The notes under the pieces: generated by a model | What the model was told of the DNA's origin: nothing | The model's input: the letters and a program-made list of their open reading frames with translations, nothing else | Database searches by the model: none | Made by a program: the position numbers and the translations under genes | Assembly (NCBI GenBank): GCA_022451505.1 | Contig: JAKURX010000002.1 | Span: 1 to 56,899, forward strand | Length of the DNA stretch: 56,899 nt | Source: Acidimicrobiales bacterium | GTDB lineage: Bacteria > Actinomycetota > Acidimicrobiia > Acidimicrobiales > MedAcidi-G1 | Direction: 5' to 3' | In this document: in pieces, positions 38,475 through 48,468 of the stretch | Layout of the letters: the number at the start of each line of letters is the position of its first letter | How positions within the stretch are numbered: the stretch's first letter is position 1

Positions 38475-39632
38475 TCACTCGGCGGGATAGCGCTCGAGCA
38501 GCTTTCTGGCGATAACCATCTTCTGGATCTCGCTCGTTCCCTCGCCGATGATCATTAGCGGGGTGTCGCGAAAGTAGCGCTCCACCGGGAACTCGGTGGT
38601 GTAGCCGTTGCCGCCGTGGATGCGCAACGCCTCGGTGGCGATCTCGAACGCCGCCTCGGAGGCGAACAGCTTGGCCATGCCGGCCTCCATGTCGACCCGT
38701 TGCCCGGCGTCGGCCCGCCGGGCGGCGTCGTAGGTCATGAGGCGGGCCGCCTGCAGTTTGGTAGCCATATCGGCCAGCTTGAACTGGATGGCCTGGTGCT
38801 CGTAGATGGGTCGGCCGAACGTCTCGCGCTGCTGGGCGTACCGCATGGCCGCATCGAAGGCCGCCTGGGCTACGCCGACTGACCGGGCAGCCACGTTGAT
38901 CCGACCCAACTCGAGGGCCGAGAGGGCGTACTGCCGACCGTGGCCCATCCCCTCGTCTCCGCCCAGCACGTTGGCGTGGGGCACGCGGTGGTCCACGTAG
39001 GACATCTCGACCGTCTCTAGGCCCTTGTAGCCCAGCTTTTCGATGTTTTTCGAGACCGTGATCCCCTCAAACGACCCGCCCGGCTCCTTCTCGACCAGGA
39101 AGCAGGTGATGCGGTCATCGGGGGTGCGGGCCATCAGCATGACAAGGGACGACCGCTGGCCGTTGGTAACCCAGAACTTGGTGCCGTTGACCACCCACTC
39201 GTCGCCGTCCCGCTCGGCCCGGCACCGAATGGCACCTGTGTCGCTGCCGGCGTCGGGTTCCGACAGCGAGAAGGCAGCCCGAAACGAGCCGTCGCACATC
39301 CGGGGAAGGAACCGCTGGCGCTGCTCCTCGGTCCCGAACCGGCCGATCATGGTGGCGCCGATTTTGTGTGTGTTGAGGATGCCGGCTAGGGACATGAAGC
39401 CTCGGGAGATCTCCTCGATGATCCGGGCGTAGGTGGTGATGTCCAGGCCCAGGCCCCCGTACTCCTCGGGGATGGTGGAGCCGAACAGCCCGAAGTCGCA
39501 CATCTGGTCGAACATGGCCTGGGGGAAGGTGTCGGAGTGCTCGAACTCGGCGGCGTTCGGCATGACCTCGCGGTCGACCCACGTGCGGATGGTGTCGACG
39601 ATCTCGTCGGCCAGCGCCTGGTCGGTCGCCAT
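38475..39632 (-). CDS. Acyl-CoA dehydrogenase
   Basis: 385 aa. Motifs are ...AAFSLSEPDAGSD..., WVTNG, ...LADMATKLQAARLM... and the catalytic Glu context IIGEGTSEIQ. Confidence 0.92.
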   Translation of the reverse strand: MATDQALADEIVDTIRTWVDREVMPNAAEFEHSDTFPQAMFDQMCDFGLFGSTIPEEYGGLGLDITTYARIIEEISRGFMSLAGILNTHKIGATMIGRFGTEEQRQRFLPRMCDGSFRAAFSLSEPDAGSDTGAIRCRAERDGDEWVVNGTKFWVTNGQRSSLVMLMARTPDDRITCFLVEKEPGGSFEGITVSKNIEKLGYKGLETVEMSYVDHRVPHANVLGGDEGMGHGRQYALSALELGRINVAARSVGVAQAAFDAAMRYAQQRETFGRPIYEHQAIQFKLADMATKLQAARLMTYDAARRADAGQRVDMEAGMAKLFASEAAFEIATEALRIHGGNGYTTEFPVERYFRDTPLMIIGEGTSEIQKMVIARKLLERYPAE

Positions 39633-39853
39633 GGCCCCTCCTCATTTCGGTCCCGGTCGGGTGAGTCTCACAGCCCGGTGGCGGTGGGGGCGAGGCGGGC
39701 TGGAACGCTACGCGCCGTGCGTGCCCCGATGCTCTCCTCGCCTCTTCCCGGTCCTACTGGTCGCCCTCGCCGGTGTCTCTCCCTGGTGGTGTCCGGCGTG
39801 AGCCGGGTTCCCCTCGCCGGGGCGTAACTGCCACACTGACTCGAGGGGGGGCC

Positions 39854-40330
39854 ATGGCCGACCGACAAGGGGATCCGGGTGCCGAGCCCCGCCCGAAGAA
39901 GGAGTACGTGACCATCGTCGTCGAGCGAGAGGTCCCTGCGCCCCGGGCGGCGGCCTTCGACGCCCTCTGTACCCTGATTTCCGAACGGGCCGGTGGCTAC
40001 GTGACCGAGGGGGATCCGGCCCCGCACGGCCTCGGTGCCCGGGTGGAGTTCACGGTCGGTGACTTACGCCTTGCCGAACAGGTGATCTCCTTCGAGCCGC
40101 CGTGGCGTCGAGTTTACGAGTTGACCGGCGCACCGGTCGTTCTGTACCAAGGCACCACGGCGTTCACCGACCGCGGCGAGACCTGCCTAATGGCTTGGTC
40201 CCTGGTCATCGACCCGCTCCCCGACGGGGGCAGCGATCGGTTCCTGGTCGCCGCCGAGGCCTTTCTGGACAACTTCGCCGACGCCCTAGTGACCCGGGCC
40301 AAGGCCGCCCACCAGCCGACCACCAACTGA
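39854..40330 (+). CDS. SRPBCC-superfamily (START/polyketide-cyclase-like) protein
   Basis: ORF 39773..40330, start reset to ATG 39854. The call rests on size (158 aa) and a beta-rich pattern ending in a C-terminal helix (…IVVEREVPAPRAAAFDAL…FLDNFADALVTRAK). Weak family call. Confidence 0.5.
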   Translation: MADRQGDPGAEPRPKKEYVTIVVEREVPAPRAAAFDALCTLISERAGGYVTEGDPAPHGLGARVEFTVGDLRLAEQVISFEPPWRRVYELTGAPVVLYQGTTAFTDRGETCLMAWSLVIDPLPDGGSDRFLVAAEAFLDNFADALVTRAKAAHQPTTN

Positions 40331-40341
40331 CCGGAGACCCC

Positions 40342-41253
40342 ATGCACATCGCTCTGAACGCCTCGGCCGAACTCCTCCACGCCGACCTGGGACGCCTACG
40401 GGAGCACGCAGAACGGGCAGCCGACGATGGGTTCTCGGGCTGGTGGCTGGCCCAGACCGGGCTCGTCGATGCCCTGACCGCCTTCACGGCGTTGGCCGAC
40501 ACTGCACCCGGACTCGAGTTCGGCACGGCGGTGGTACCGACCTACCCTCGCCACCCCACCGCACTGGCTGGTCAGGCCCTGACTACGGCGGCCGCCTTGA
40601 GGGACCGTTCTCTTGTCCTGGGGATCGGCCTGTCTCACCGCCCGGTGATCGAGGGCATGTTGGGGCTGTCGTTCGAGAGGCCCATCCGCCACCTAATCGA
40701 CTACCTGTCGATCCTCCAGCCTCTGCTGGAGTCGGGATCGGTGTCATTTGATGGGGAGGCGTTCACCGCCCACGTGGACACTGGTCGGCCCACAGACCGG
40801 CCTCCGTCGGTGATGGTGGCTGCCCTGGGCGAGCAGGCCCTGCGGGTGGCTGGGCACCACACCGACGGCACCATCCTCTGGATGGTCGGGCCGCGCACAG
40901 TGGCCTCCCACATCGCCCCCCGCATGAACGAGGCGGCGGCGGCCGCTGGCCGTGCCACACCCCGGATCGTATGCAGCCTCCCGACCTGTGTGACCAACGA
41001 CGTCGAGGCGGCCCGCTCGGCGGCGGCGGCCGTCTTCGAGATCTACGGGCAGTTGCCGTCTTACCGGGCCATGCTGGACCGCGAGGGTGTCGACCACCCG
41101 GGCGACGTGGCCATCGTGGGCTCCGAGGAGGAAGTGGCCACCCAACTGGCCGATCTGGCCGAGGCCGGGGTGACCGACTTCGCGGCCCTGGAGTTCGGTA
41201 CCACGGCCGACGAGTTCGGCCGGACCCGAGCCCTGCTAGTCAGCCAGCTCTGA
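40342..41253 (+). CDS. LLM-class F420-dependent oxidoreductase
   Basis: ORF 40102..41253, start reset to ATG 40342 (MHIALNASAE). Motifs are GTAVVPTYPRHP and LVLGIGLSHRPVIEGMLG. 303 aa. Confidence 0.78.
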   Translation: MHIALNASAELLHADLGRLREHAERAADDGFSGWWLAQTGLVDALTAFTALADTAPGLEFGTAVVPTYPRHPTALAGQALTTAAALRDRSLVLGIGLSHRPVIEGMLGLSFERPIRHLIDYLSILQPLLESGSVSFDGEAFTAHVDTGRPTDRPPSVMVAALGEQALRVAGHHTDGTILWMVGPRTVASHIAPRMNEAAAAAGRATPRIVCSLPTCVTNDVEAARSAAAAVFEIYGQLPSYRAMLDREGVDHPGDVAIVGSEEEVATQLADLAEAGVTDFAALEFGTTADEFGRTRALLVSQL

Positions 41254-41347
41254 CCCTGGGATCCGCCCGGTGGATGGGACGTCGGCGGGGTCCGGCGCTA
41301 GGGTAGACCTAAACCTGACGGACCGTCAGAAACGCTCAGGAGTTGCA

Positions 41348-42523
41348 ATGACGACCATTCCTCGCATCATCTCGGTCGATGACCACGTGGTGGAGCCACC
41401 CGACCTGTGGACCTCCCGCCTGCCGGCGAAGTACCAGGACCGGTGTCCCCGGGTTGAGCGCGACACGGCCGAGTTCAACTTTGAGGGCGGCGTCTTCTCG
41501 TTCGAGAAGGGAGTCGAGGGCGCGGCGATGTGCGACTGGTGGTTGTACGACGACCTCGTCTATCCCTTCCCCAAGTTGTCGGCGGCCGTCGGCTTCGACG
41601 AGCTGGACGTGGTCCCCGTTACCTTCGACGAGATCCACCCGGCGGGGTGGAAGCAGGCCGACCGGCTGGCTGCCATGGACGAGAACCATGTCGACGTGTC
41701 GGTCTGCTTCCCCAACGTGCTGCCCCGGTTCTGCGGCCAGGCCTTTCTGGAGCGGGAGGACAAGGACCTCGCCCTGCTCTGCGTCCAGGCCTACAACGAC
41801 TGGATAATCGACGAGTGGTGCGCCGGCGACGGGCGCGGTCGCCTCATCCCGCTGACCCTTATCCCTCTGTGGGACCCGGTCGCTGCGGCCGCCGAGGTCC
41901 ACCGGTGTGCCGACAAGGGCTCGTTCGCTGTGGCTTTCTCCGAGAACCCGTTCCCGCTGGGCTTGCCGTCCATCCACGACAAGGGCCGCTTCTGGGATCC
42001 GTTCTTCGTGGCCTGCCAGGAGACGGACACCATTGTCAATATGCACATCGGGTCTAGTTCCAAGATGCCGACCACGTCGCCCGACGCGCCGTTCTCGGTG
42101 TCGTCCACAATCACGTTCGCCAACGCCATGGGGTCCATGTGCGACTACATCCTGTCCGGGATGTTCGTCCGGTTCCCGAAGCTGAAGATCGCCTACGCCG
42201 AGGGCCAGGTCGGGTGGATGCCCTACGTGATAGAGCGCATGGACAAGATCTGGGCCGAGCGGGGAGACGCCAGCTTCGGCATCGATTTGCCTGAGCCACC
42301 CAGTTCGTACATCCCGGGCCACGTCTGGGGCTGCATCTTCGACGACGAGATTGGTCTCAAGAACCGAGACGTCATCGGCCTGGACCAGATCTGCTTCGAG
42401 GTGGACTTCCCCCACGCCGATACGACGTACCCCCATACGCTGGACGTGGCTACGAAGATCTGCCGGGAGGCGGGCCTCGACGACGACGAGGTCTACAAGC
42501 TGATGCGGGGTAACGCCATCTAG
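41348..42523 (+). CDS. Amidohydrolase_2 (ACMSD-like metal-dependent hydrolase) family protein; ends at an in-frame TAG that may be premature
   Basis: ORF 41270..42523, start reset to ATG 41348 with AGGAG 6 nt upstream. Motifs are IISVDDHVVEPPDLW, ...NMHIGSS... and VDFPHADTTYPH. See the finding on the TAG at 42521. Confidence 0.85.
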   Translation: MTTIPRIISVDDHVVEPPDLWTSRLPAKYQDRCPRVERDTAEFNFEGGVFSFEKGVEGAAMCDWWLYDDLVYPFPKLSAAVGFDELDVVPVTFDEIHPAGWKQADRLAAMDENHVDVSVCFPNVLPRFCGQAFLEREDKDLALLCVQAYNDWIIDEWCAGDGRGRLIPLTLIPLWDPVAAAAEVHRCADKGSFAVAFSENPFPLGLPSIHDKGRFWDPFFVACQETDTIVNMHIGSSSKMPTTSPDAPFSVSSTITFANAMGSMCDYILSGMFVRFPKLKIAYAEGQVGWMPYVIERMDKIWAERGDASFGIDLPEPPSSYIPGHVWGCIFDDEIGLKNRDVIGLDQICFEVDFPHADTTYPHTLDVATKICREAGLDDDEVYKLMRGNAI

Positions 42524-42607
42524 GCGTTCGGCCTGGAGCGCTTCGGCATCACCGAGTAGACGGGTAACCAGCGCCGGAGACGGACCGCGACTTGTGAGGT
42601 CCGGGGT

Positions 42608-43813
42608 TCAGGGCCGGGTGAAGGCCGGGCTGAAGGCGTCCTTCGGAACCTCATCCAGTGGCGTAGCCACCTCGTCGACCGAAGGCCCGATGCGCTCGGC
42701 CAGCGGCGCCAGGGCGTCGAGGTCGATGCGGTACACCTCGGCCGCGTTCTCGGCGAAGACCTTCCGAAGGTCGGCCTCATCCCAACCGCTGAATGAGCGG
42801 CGGAGGTGGTCCCGGTTGTAGGGGAACGTGCTCTCGTTGTGGGGGTAGTCGCTCCCCCACATCATCCGTTCGATACCAACCTTTTTCATGGCGTCAGCCT
42901 CCGACGGGCTCGGGAAACTAGCCCCGATCCAGACGTTGCGGGCGAAGTACTCGCTGGGCCTGTCGGGCAGCACGAGGTCGGCGGAGAAGCCCAGTTCACC
43001 GACCCGACCCGAGGCCATCTGGGCGTGGTAGCCGTCCATCCGGCGGAGGTCCTCAAGCACCCAGGCCACGCCCTGTTCGGTCATCACGTAACGGAGTTCC
43101 GGGAACCGATTGAACACCCCGGACATAATGAGATGCGAAAGGTTCCGATGGGCGAAGAACGGCACCTCCAGTAGGAACATGAGGCCGGCCGCCGGGGTGT
43201 CGCCATATCTGGGGTTGCCCGAACCGCCATGCTGGGTGATCGTCAGGTCGAGGTCCCGACAGGCGGCCCACAGGCGGTCGTAAACCGGGTCGTAAAGGCC
43301 GGGCGTCCCGGAGTCGGGTGGCACAGCGGGGAGCATGAAGCTGGAGTGGCCGTTCTCGGCAGCCAACTCCAGATCGGCGATGGTGTCGTCGAGATCAAAG
43401 AGGAACACCTGGGGTAAGCCGCAGCGGCGTTCCGGGTGAGCGGCACACCAGTCCTTCAGCCACCGGTTATGGGTACGAACGCCCTCGAGACGCCGGTCGT
43501 AGTCGGGACGGTTGGTAGGCGGATAGGTGATGAGCGCCCCGGTCGGGAAGAACGGAGGGACGGTGTTCGGGAAGACGATTTCGGCGGCCACCCCCTCAGC
43601 GTCCAGATCGCCGTTGCGCCGGTCGTTGTCCCAGTTGCGTGACCGGCCGTCGTCCTGAAGGTCACGGAAGGGGTTGGAGTAGGCGCCCCGCCACTCGGCG
43701 AAGGCCTCCCGGTAGGCCGGTGCGAGGTACTCCTCGTAGGCCTTCATGTTCCCGCCGGCGTGGCAGTCCGACGAGATCAGCGTGTATGGGGCGGCTGTGT
43801 TGGTAGCGGTCAT
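42608..43813 (-). CDS. Amidohydrolase_2 family metal-dependent hydrolase (paralogue, convergent)
   Basis: ORF 42608..43924, start reset to ATG 43813 (MTATNTAAPYTLISSDCHAG) with AGAAGGAAG upstream. Contains WGSDYPHNESTFP. Confidence 0.85.
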   Translation of the reverse strand: MTATNTAAPYTLISSDCHAGGNMKAYEEYLAPAYREAFAEWRGAYSNPFRDLQDDGRSRNWDNDRRNGDLDAEGVAAEIVFPNTVPPFFPTGALITYPPTNRPDYDRRLEGVRTHNRWLKDWCAAHPERRCGLPQVFLFDLDDTIADLELAAENGHSSFMLPAVPPDSGTPGLYDPVYDRLWAACRDLDLTITQHGGSGNPRYGDTPAAGLMFLLEVPFFAHRNLSHLIMSGVFNRFPELRYVMTEQGVAWVLEDLRRMDGYHAQMASGRVGELGFSADLVLPDRPSEYFARNVWIGASFPSPSEADAMKKVGIERMMWGSDYPHNESTFPYNRDHLRRSFSGWDEADLRKVFAENAAEVYRIDLDALAPLAERIGPSVDEVATPLDEVPKDAFSPAFTRP

Positions 43814-43948
43814 GACTTCCTTCTCCGCTCGAATCGGATCGTAGGTTGGCCTAATTGGCCCGTAAGGCAAAATCGGCGTCGTGATCGAGCTACTCATCGA
43901 CGGGATCCAGCAGGCCGGTACCACCGCCTGACCCTCCCCGGCTCTACG

Positions 43949-44443
43949 TCAGCCCAGCGGGTAAGCCGTCCGGTCGCAGATCGGACGGAGGGCGAAGCTG
44001 GACACCATACGGGCCACCCCGGGCAGCTGGGCCAGGTGGGTCCGGTGGAGGACCTCGTAGTCGGCTACGTCCCGGACCACCACGTGAACCAGGTAGTCAA
44101 AGTCGCCGGCCATCAGATGGCAACTGAGGATCTCCGGGCGGTCGCTGACCGCCCGCTCGAAGGCGTCCAGGGTCGGCTCGTCTTGACCGGTCAGCGTGAT
44201 CTCCACAAATACGTCAGTACCCAGACCCACGGCAGCCGGGTCCACTAGGGCCACGTAGCGGGCAATCAGGCCAACCTCCTCCAGGCGTCGGACCCGCCGG
44301 AGGCAGGCCGAGGGCGACAGGTGGACGGCCTCGGCCAGGTCCACGTTGGGAACTCGACCGTCCTCCTGGAGCAGCGCCAGCAGCGATCGGTCGATGGCAT
44401 TCAGTTCTCCCAATGATTCTTTTAGCACATTTTTTTCGCTCAT
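43949..44443 (-). CDS. lrp: Lrp/AsnC-family transcriptional regulator
   Basis: LNAIDRSLLALLQEDGRVPNVDLAEAVHLSPSACLRRVRRLEEVGLI followed by a RAM/AsnC_trans_reg domain. Divergent from ald. Confidence 0.92.
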   Translation of the reverse strand: MSEKNVLKESLGELNAIDRSLLALLQEDGRVPNVDLAEAVHLSPSACLRRVRRLEEVGLIARYVALVDPAAVGLGTDVFVEITLTGQDEPTLDAFERAVSDRPEILSCHLMAGDFDYLVHVVVRDVADYEVLHRTHLAQLPGVARMVSSFALRPICDRTAYPLG

Positions 44444-44475
44444 CCCAAGAACTCTACGCCTTTTAATTGCGTACT

Positions 44476-44503
44476 TTGAAACTCTTGCGCTGGTTTACAC
44501 AAT
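44476..44503 (+). promoter_or_regulatory. Candidate ald promoter (TTGAAA-N16-CACAAT) in the AT-rich lrp-ald divergent region
   Basis: Hexamers read by eye in the 135-nt AT-rich gap. Short direct repeats ACTCT-N1-2-CGC lie at 44451-44459 and 44481-44490. Confidence 0.2.
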
Positions 44504-44578
44504 CAAACAGCGTCACCACGACCGTAGCGTTGACCCCACGAGGGGCATGACAGCCCCACCGGACGACGGAGCACTTCC

Positions 44579-45700
44579 ATGGACATCGGGGTCCCCGCCG
44601 AGACAAAGAACGCCGAGCGACGGGTCGGCCTTACTCCGGCCGCCGCCGGAGAACTGGTGGCCCGCGGCCACGACGTGCGCATCGAAACCGGTGCCGGCGA
44701 GGGCGCCGGGTTCGGCGACGTGGCCTACAAGGAGGTCGGCGCGACCATCGCCAGTTCGGCCGACCAGGTGTTCGCCGACGCCGAGATGATCGTCAAGGTC
44801 AAGGAACCGCTCGCCCCCGAGCGGGCCCGCCTCCGGCCCCACCACACCCTGTTCACCTTCCTCCACCTGGCGGCCGACCGTCCCCAGACCGAGGACCTCC
44901 TGGCCAGCGGGGCAACTTGTATCGCCTACGAGACGGTGACAGACGACGCCGGCCGCCTACCGCTCCTGGCACCCATGTCGGCCATCGCCGGCCGCATGTC
45001 TATCCAGGCCGGAGCCCACGCACTGGAGGCCACCCAGGGTGGCGCCGGCCTACTGCTGGGCGGCGTACCCGGCGTGCGTCCGGGCCGGGTCGTCGTCATC
45101 GGCGGCGGGGTGGTCGGCGAGAACGCAGCCGAGATGGCCGTAGGCCTGGGCGCCGATGTCACCGTTCTGGACCGCAGCCCTGCCGTGCTAGACGGCCTGG
45201 CCAAGCGCTTCGCCGGTCGGGTCAAGACCGTGTACTCCACGAAAGCCGAGCTCGAGGCCTCGGTGTACGACGCCGACATGGTGATCGGCGCCGTGCTCGT
45301 CAAGGGGGCTCGGGCACCCCACCTGGTGACCCGCGACATGCTCAGACGCATGCGGCCCGGCTCGGTGATTGTCGACGTCGCCGTCGACCAGGGTGGCTGC
45401 TTCGAGACCACGAAGCCCACCACTCACACCAACCCCACCTTCGCGGTGGGCGGCATCGTCCACTACTGCGTGGCCAACATGCCAGGCGCCGTGCCCCGCA
45501 CGTCCACTCAGGCCCTGTCCAACGCAACCCTGCCATTCACGCTGTCCCTGGCCGACAGAGGAACCGATGCCGCTCTGAAGGCCGACCCGCACCTGCTGAA
45601 CGGCCTAAACGTCTGCGCCCGTGGCGTGACCGATCGCGCCGTGGCCGAGACCTTCGACCTGGAACACGTCGACCCTCTCGTCGCTCTAACTCGGCGCTAG
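44579..45700 (+). CDS. ald: Alanine dehydrogenase
   Basis: Motifs [40 protein letters not shown] and [13 protein letters not shown]. Confidence 0.95.
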   Translation: MDIGVPAETKNAERRVGLTPAAAGELVARGHDVRIETGAGEGAGFGDVAYKEVGATIASSADQVFADAEMIVKVKEPLAPERARLRPHHTLFTFLHLAADRPQTEDLLASGATCIAYETVTDDAGRLPLLAPMSAIAGRMSIQAGAHALEATQGGAGLLLGGVPGVRPGRVVVIGGGVVGENAAEMAVGLGADVTVLDRSPAVLDGLAKRFAGRVKTVYSTKAELEASVYDADMVIGAVLVKGARAPHLVTRDMLRRMRPGSVIVDVAVDQGGCFETTKPTTHTNPTFAVGGIVHYCVANMPGAVPRTSTQALSNATLPFTLSLADRGTDAALKADPHLLNGLNVCARGVTDRAVAETFDLEHVDPLVALTRR

Positions 45701-45841
45701 TCCTCCGCCCGACCCACCCTCAGCGGGCCATCGAACAAGGCCGCTCCGGTTCCAATCCATCCACGCCATAGCGGAGCGGTACCAAGGCACCCTCGTCTTC
45801 CGACAACCGGCCCGGTTCAGGGCCACGGGTAGCGTCGGACC

Positions 45842-47059
45842 ATGGTCGTCCTCACCGACCCTCGGGCTGACGTGGTCGTGGTGGGCGGAGGCATCCTCGG
45901 CCTGGCCACAGCCCACGCCCTGATCCGCCGCCTGCCCGGCATCTCGGTGGTGGTGCTTGAGAAGGAGAACACCGTCGCCGTCCACCAGACGGGCCGCAAC
46001 AGCGGGGTGATCCACGCCGGCCTCTACTACCCACCCGGCTCGCTGAAGGCCGGCCTAGCCGTCCGGGGTGGCGAACGGTTGGTGGACTTCTGCGCCGACC
46101 ACGGAATCGCCCACGACCGCTGCGGCAAACTGGTCGTGGCCACATCGGACGACCAGCGGCCCCAGTTGACCGCCCTGGCCGAACGGGCCCGGGCCAACGG
46201 AGTGCCGGTCACCGAACTCACCCCTGGGGCGGCGGCCGAACACGAGCCCCACGTGTCCTGTGTGGCCGCCCTGCACGTCCCATCCACCGGCCGAGCCGAC
46301 TTCGCCGCCGTGGCCCGATCCCTCGCCGGGCTAGTCGCGGCGGCGGGTGGAGAAGTCCGGACCGGAGTCCAAGCCGGACGGGCGACGACAACCGCCGAAG
46401 GCTGGCTAATCGACACGCCGAATGGCCCGATCCGATCCCGGTTCCTGGTGGGATGCGCCGGACTCCACGCTGACCGGGTCGCTCGACGTTCAGGAGCGCG
46501 ACCCGACGCCCGCATCCTGCCCTTCCGGGGCGAGTACCTGGACGTGACCGGCCCGTCGGCCGACCTGGTCCGGGGTCTGGTCTACCCGGTTCCCGATCCG
46601 CGTTTCCCGTTCCTGGGTGTGCACCTCACCCGGAACCTCGACGGCGGGGTCCACGCCGGCCCCAACGCCGTGCTAGCCCTAGCCCGGGAGGGCTACAACT
46701 GGTCCGACATCTCACTACGCGACATGGCTTCAACCCTGGTGTGGCCCGGCACGGCACGGCTCCTGCGTCGCTACTGGCGCCCCGGCCTAGACGAGATGTT
46801 CAGGTCGTTGTCACGTCACCGCTTCATGACAGCCGCACGACTGCTAGTCCCAGGCCTCGATGCCGCCGACGTTCGTCGGGCGCCCGCAGGAGTAAGGGCC
46901 CAGGCTGTTGACAGGGGTGGCACCCTGCTCGATGACTTCCACCTGCTCGACGGCGACCGGTCGTTGCACGTCCTGAACGCCCCATCACCCGCCGCCACAG
47001 CATCGCTGGAGATCGGCACGTTGGTCGCCGATCGCGTGGTGGCCGGCCTAGCCCACTGA
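45842..47059 (+). CDS. lhgO: L-2-hydroxyglutarate oxidase/dehydrogenase-type FAD oxidoreductase
   Basis: Motifs DVVVVGGGILGLATA and HQTGRNSGVIHAGLYYPPGSLKA, followed by ...NAPSPAATASL.... 405 aa. Confidence 0.85.
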   Translation: MVVLTDPRADVVVVGGGILGLATAHALIRRLPGISVVVLEKENTVAVHQTGRNSGVIHAGLYYPPGSLKAGLAVRGGERLVDFCADHGIAHDRCGKLVVATSDDQRPQLTALAERARANGVPVTELTPGAAAEHEPHVSCVAALHVPSTGRADFAAVARSLAGLVAAAGGEVRTGVQAGRATTTAEGWLIDTPNGPIRSRFLVGCAGLHADRVARRSGARPDARILPFRGEYLDVTGPSADLVRGLVYPVPDPRFPFLGVHLTRNLDGGVHAGPNAVLALAREGYNWSDISLRDMASTLVWPGTARLLRRYWRPGLDEMFRSLSRHRFMTAARLLVPGLDAADVRRAPAGVRAQAVDRGGTLLDDFHLLDGDRSLHVLNAPSPAATASLEIGTLVADRVVAGLAH

Positions 47060-47184
47060 ACACGCCCGATATATGGAACCGCCCACCGAAAAGACCACGA
47101 CCGATAGCCACAAGATTGAGACCCGACGGGCTGCACGGTGATCCCGATAACCGACCTGGTCGGGAGACCCCGGGACCTGACCGG

Positions 47185-48468
47185 TCAGGGGACGACCGGC
47201 GCGGCCTCCCGCCACCGGTCGGCACCACCGGAGTCCACCACCCGCACCATGCGGGCCACCGCCTCGTCCACGTCGGCGAACCGGATATAGAGCGGAGCGA
47301 AGCCGAAGCGCAGCAGATCGGGAGGACGGTGGTCGGGAACCACCGACTCCTCGTGGATGAGGGCCTGGCCGACAGCCCGGGCCTCTGGGTGGGCCAGCGC
47401 CACGTGGGAACCCCGTCGGTCGGCGTCCCGGGGGGAGCGCACCTCGAATCCCCGCTCCACCAGATACTCATCGGCCAGGACCAAGAATCGCTCGGTCAGG
47501 GCTACCGACTTGGCCCGCAGCCTGTCCATCCCGGCCTCCAGCACCAGGTCCAGACCGGGGCCCACCAGCGCCGCCGACAGGACGGGCGGCGTGCCGGTCA
47601 GGAACCGTGTCGCCCCGGCGGCTCGGTCGGCGTTGAAGTCGAAGTCGAACGGGTCGTCGCTGCCGTACCAGCCAGCCACCGGGTTGGTTAGTTCCGGCAG
47701 GTCGGCCGAGACGTACAGGAAGGCCGGGGAACCCGGACCTCCGTTGAGGTACTTATAGGTACACCCCACGGCTAGGTCCGCCCGGGCAGCCCCCAAGTCG
47801 ATCGGGACCGCCCCCACCGAATGGGAGAGGTCCCAGAGGACCAGGGCCCCGGCATCGTGGGCCATCCCGGTGACGTCTCCCAGGTCCCAGCTCCATCCCG
47901 ACCGGTAGGCCACGTGCGAGAGCGACACCAGGGCCGTCCGGTCGTCCAGGGCCGCCCGCAGACCGTCCAGCGGACCATGCACCCCATCGGATCCCACCAC
48001 CACCACCTCGTGTTCCGGTCCGGCAGCCCGGGCCGCGGCCCGCAAGACCTGAACATCGGACGGGAAGTTCAGATCGTCGGTCAGAATCCGAGTCCGGTCC
48101 GGCCGTACCCCCAAGGCGGCCACGGCCGCCTTGTAGAGGCACACCGACGTGTTTTCGGCCAGCACCACCTCACCGGGACCAGCCCCCACCAACCCGGCCA
48201 AGCGGTCGCCGAGGCGGATCGGCAAGTCGAACCAGCCCTCGTTCCAACTGCGGATCAGGCGATGGCCCCACTGCCGCTCCACCACCTCGGAGGCCAGAGC
48301 GACAGCCCGCCGCGGGAGGCGACCCAGCGAGTTGCCGTCCAGGTAGACAAACCCCGGTTCGTCATCGGCGTGGACGAACTCGTCGCGAAAGCCGGCCAGG
48401 GGGTCGGCGGCATCCAGCTCGTCGGCAGGGCGGAGGTCCGGAGGGGGTCCGGGCGCGGAGACAGCCAC
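47185..48468 (-). CDS. kynU: Kynureninase (class V PLP hydrolase)
   Basis: GTG start at 48468. Motifs are VYLDGNSLGRLP, LSHVAYRSG and CTYKYLNGGPGSPAFLYV (PLP Lys context). Confidence 0.82.
   Translation of the reverse strand: MAVSAPGPPPDLRPADELDAADPLAGFRDEFVHADDEPGFVYLDGNSLGRLPRRAVALASEVVERQWGHRLIRSWNEGWFDLPIRLGDRLAGLVGAGPGEVVLAENTSVCLYKAAVAALGVRPDRTRILTDDLNFPSDVQVLRAAARAAGPEHEVVVVGSDGVHGPLDGLRAALDDRTALVSLSHVAYRSGWSWDLGDVTGMAHDAGALVLWDLSHSVGAVPIDLGAARADLAVGCTYKYLNGGPGSPAFLYVSADLPELTNPVAGWYGSDDPFDFDFNADRAAGATRFLTGTPPVLSAALVGPGLDLVLEAGMDRLRAKSVALTERFLVLADEYLVERGFEVRSPRDADRRGSHVALAHPEARAVGQALIHEESVVPDHRPPDLLRFGFAPLYIRFADVDEAVARMVRVVDSGGADRWREAAPVVP

Noticed and set aside
42521-42523. Pyrrolysine or global TAG reassignment as the explanation for the in-frame TAG in the amidohydrolase. 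This was tempting because an MttB-family gene is in the window.
   Set aside because: TAG works as an ordinary terminator for nrdB (4360), the LLM gene (12330), the polyprenyl synthase (33150), ald (45700) and the MttB-like gene itself (50154). The MttB-like ORF has no internal TAG, and no pyl genes are visible. A local nonsense mutation, read-through or base-call error remains possible and is reported as a finding.
45741-45768. tRNA-like 3' fragment (GGTTCCAATCC...CCA) in the ald-lhgO gap, a possible tRNA gene or integration-site remnant.
   Set aside because: The putative T-stem does not pair: TCCGG against CCATC gives only 2 of 5 base pairs. No acceptor, D or anticodon arms can be built upstream, and there is no integrase or repeat nearby.
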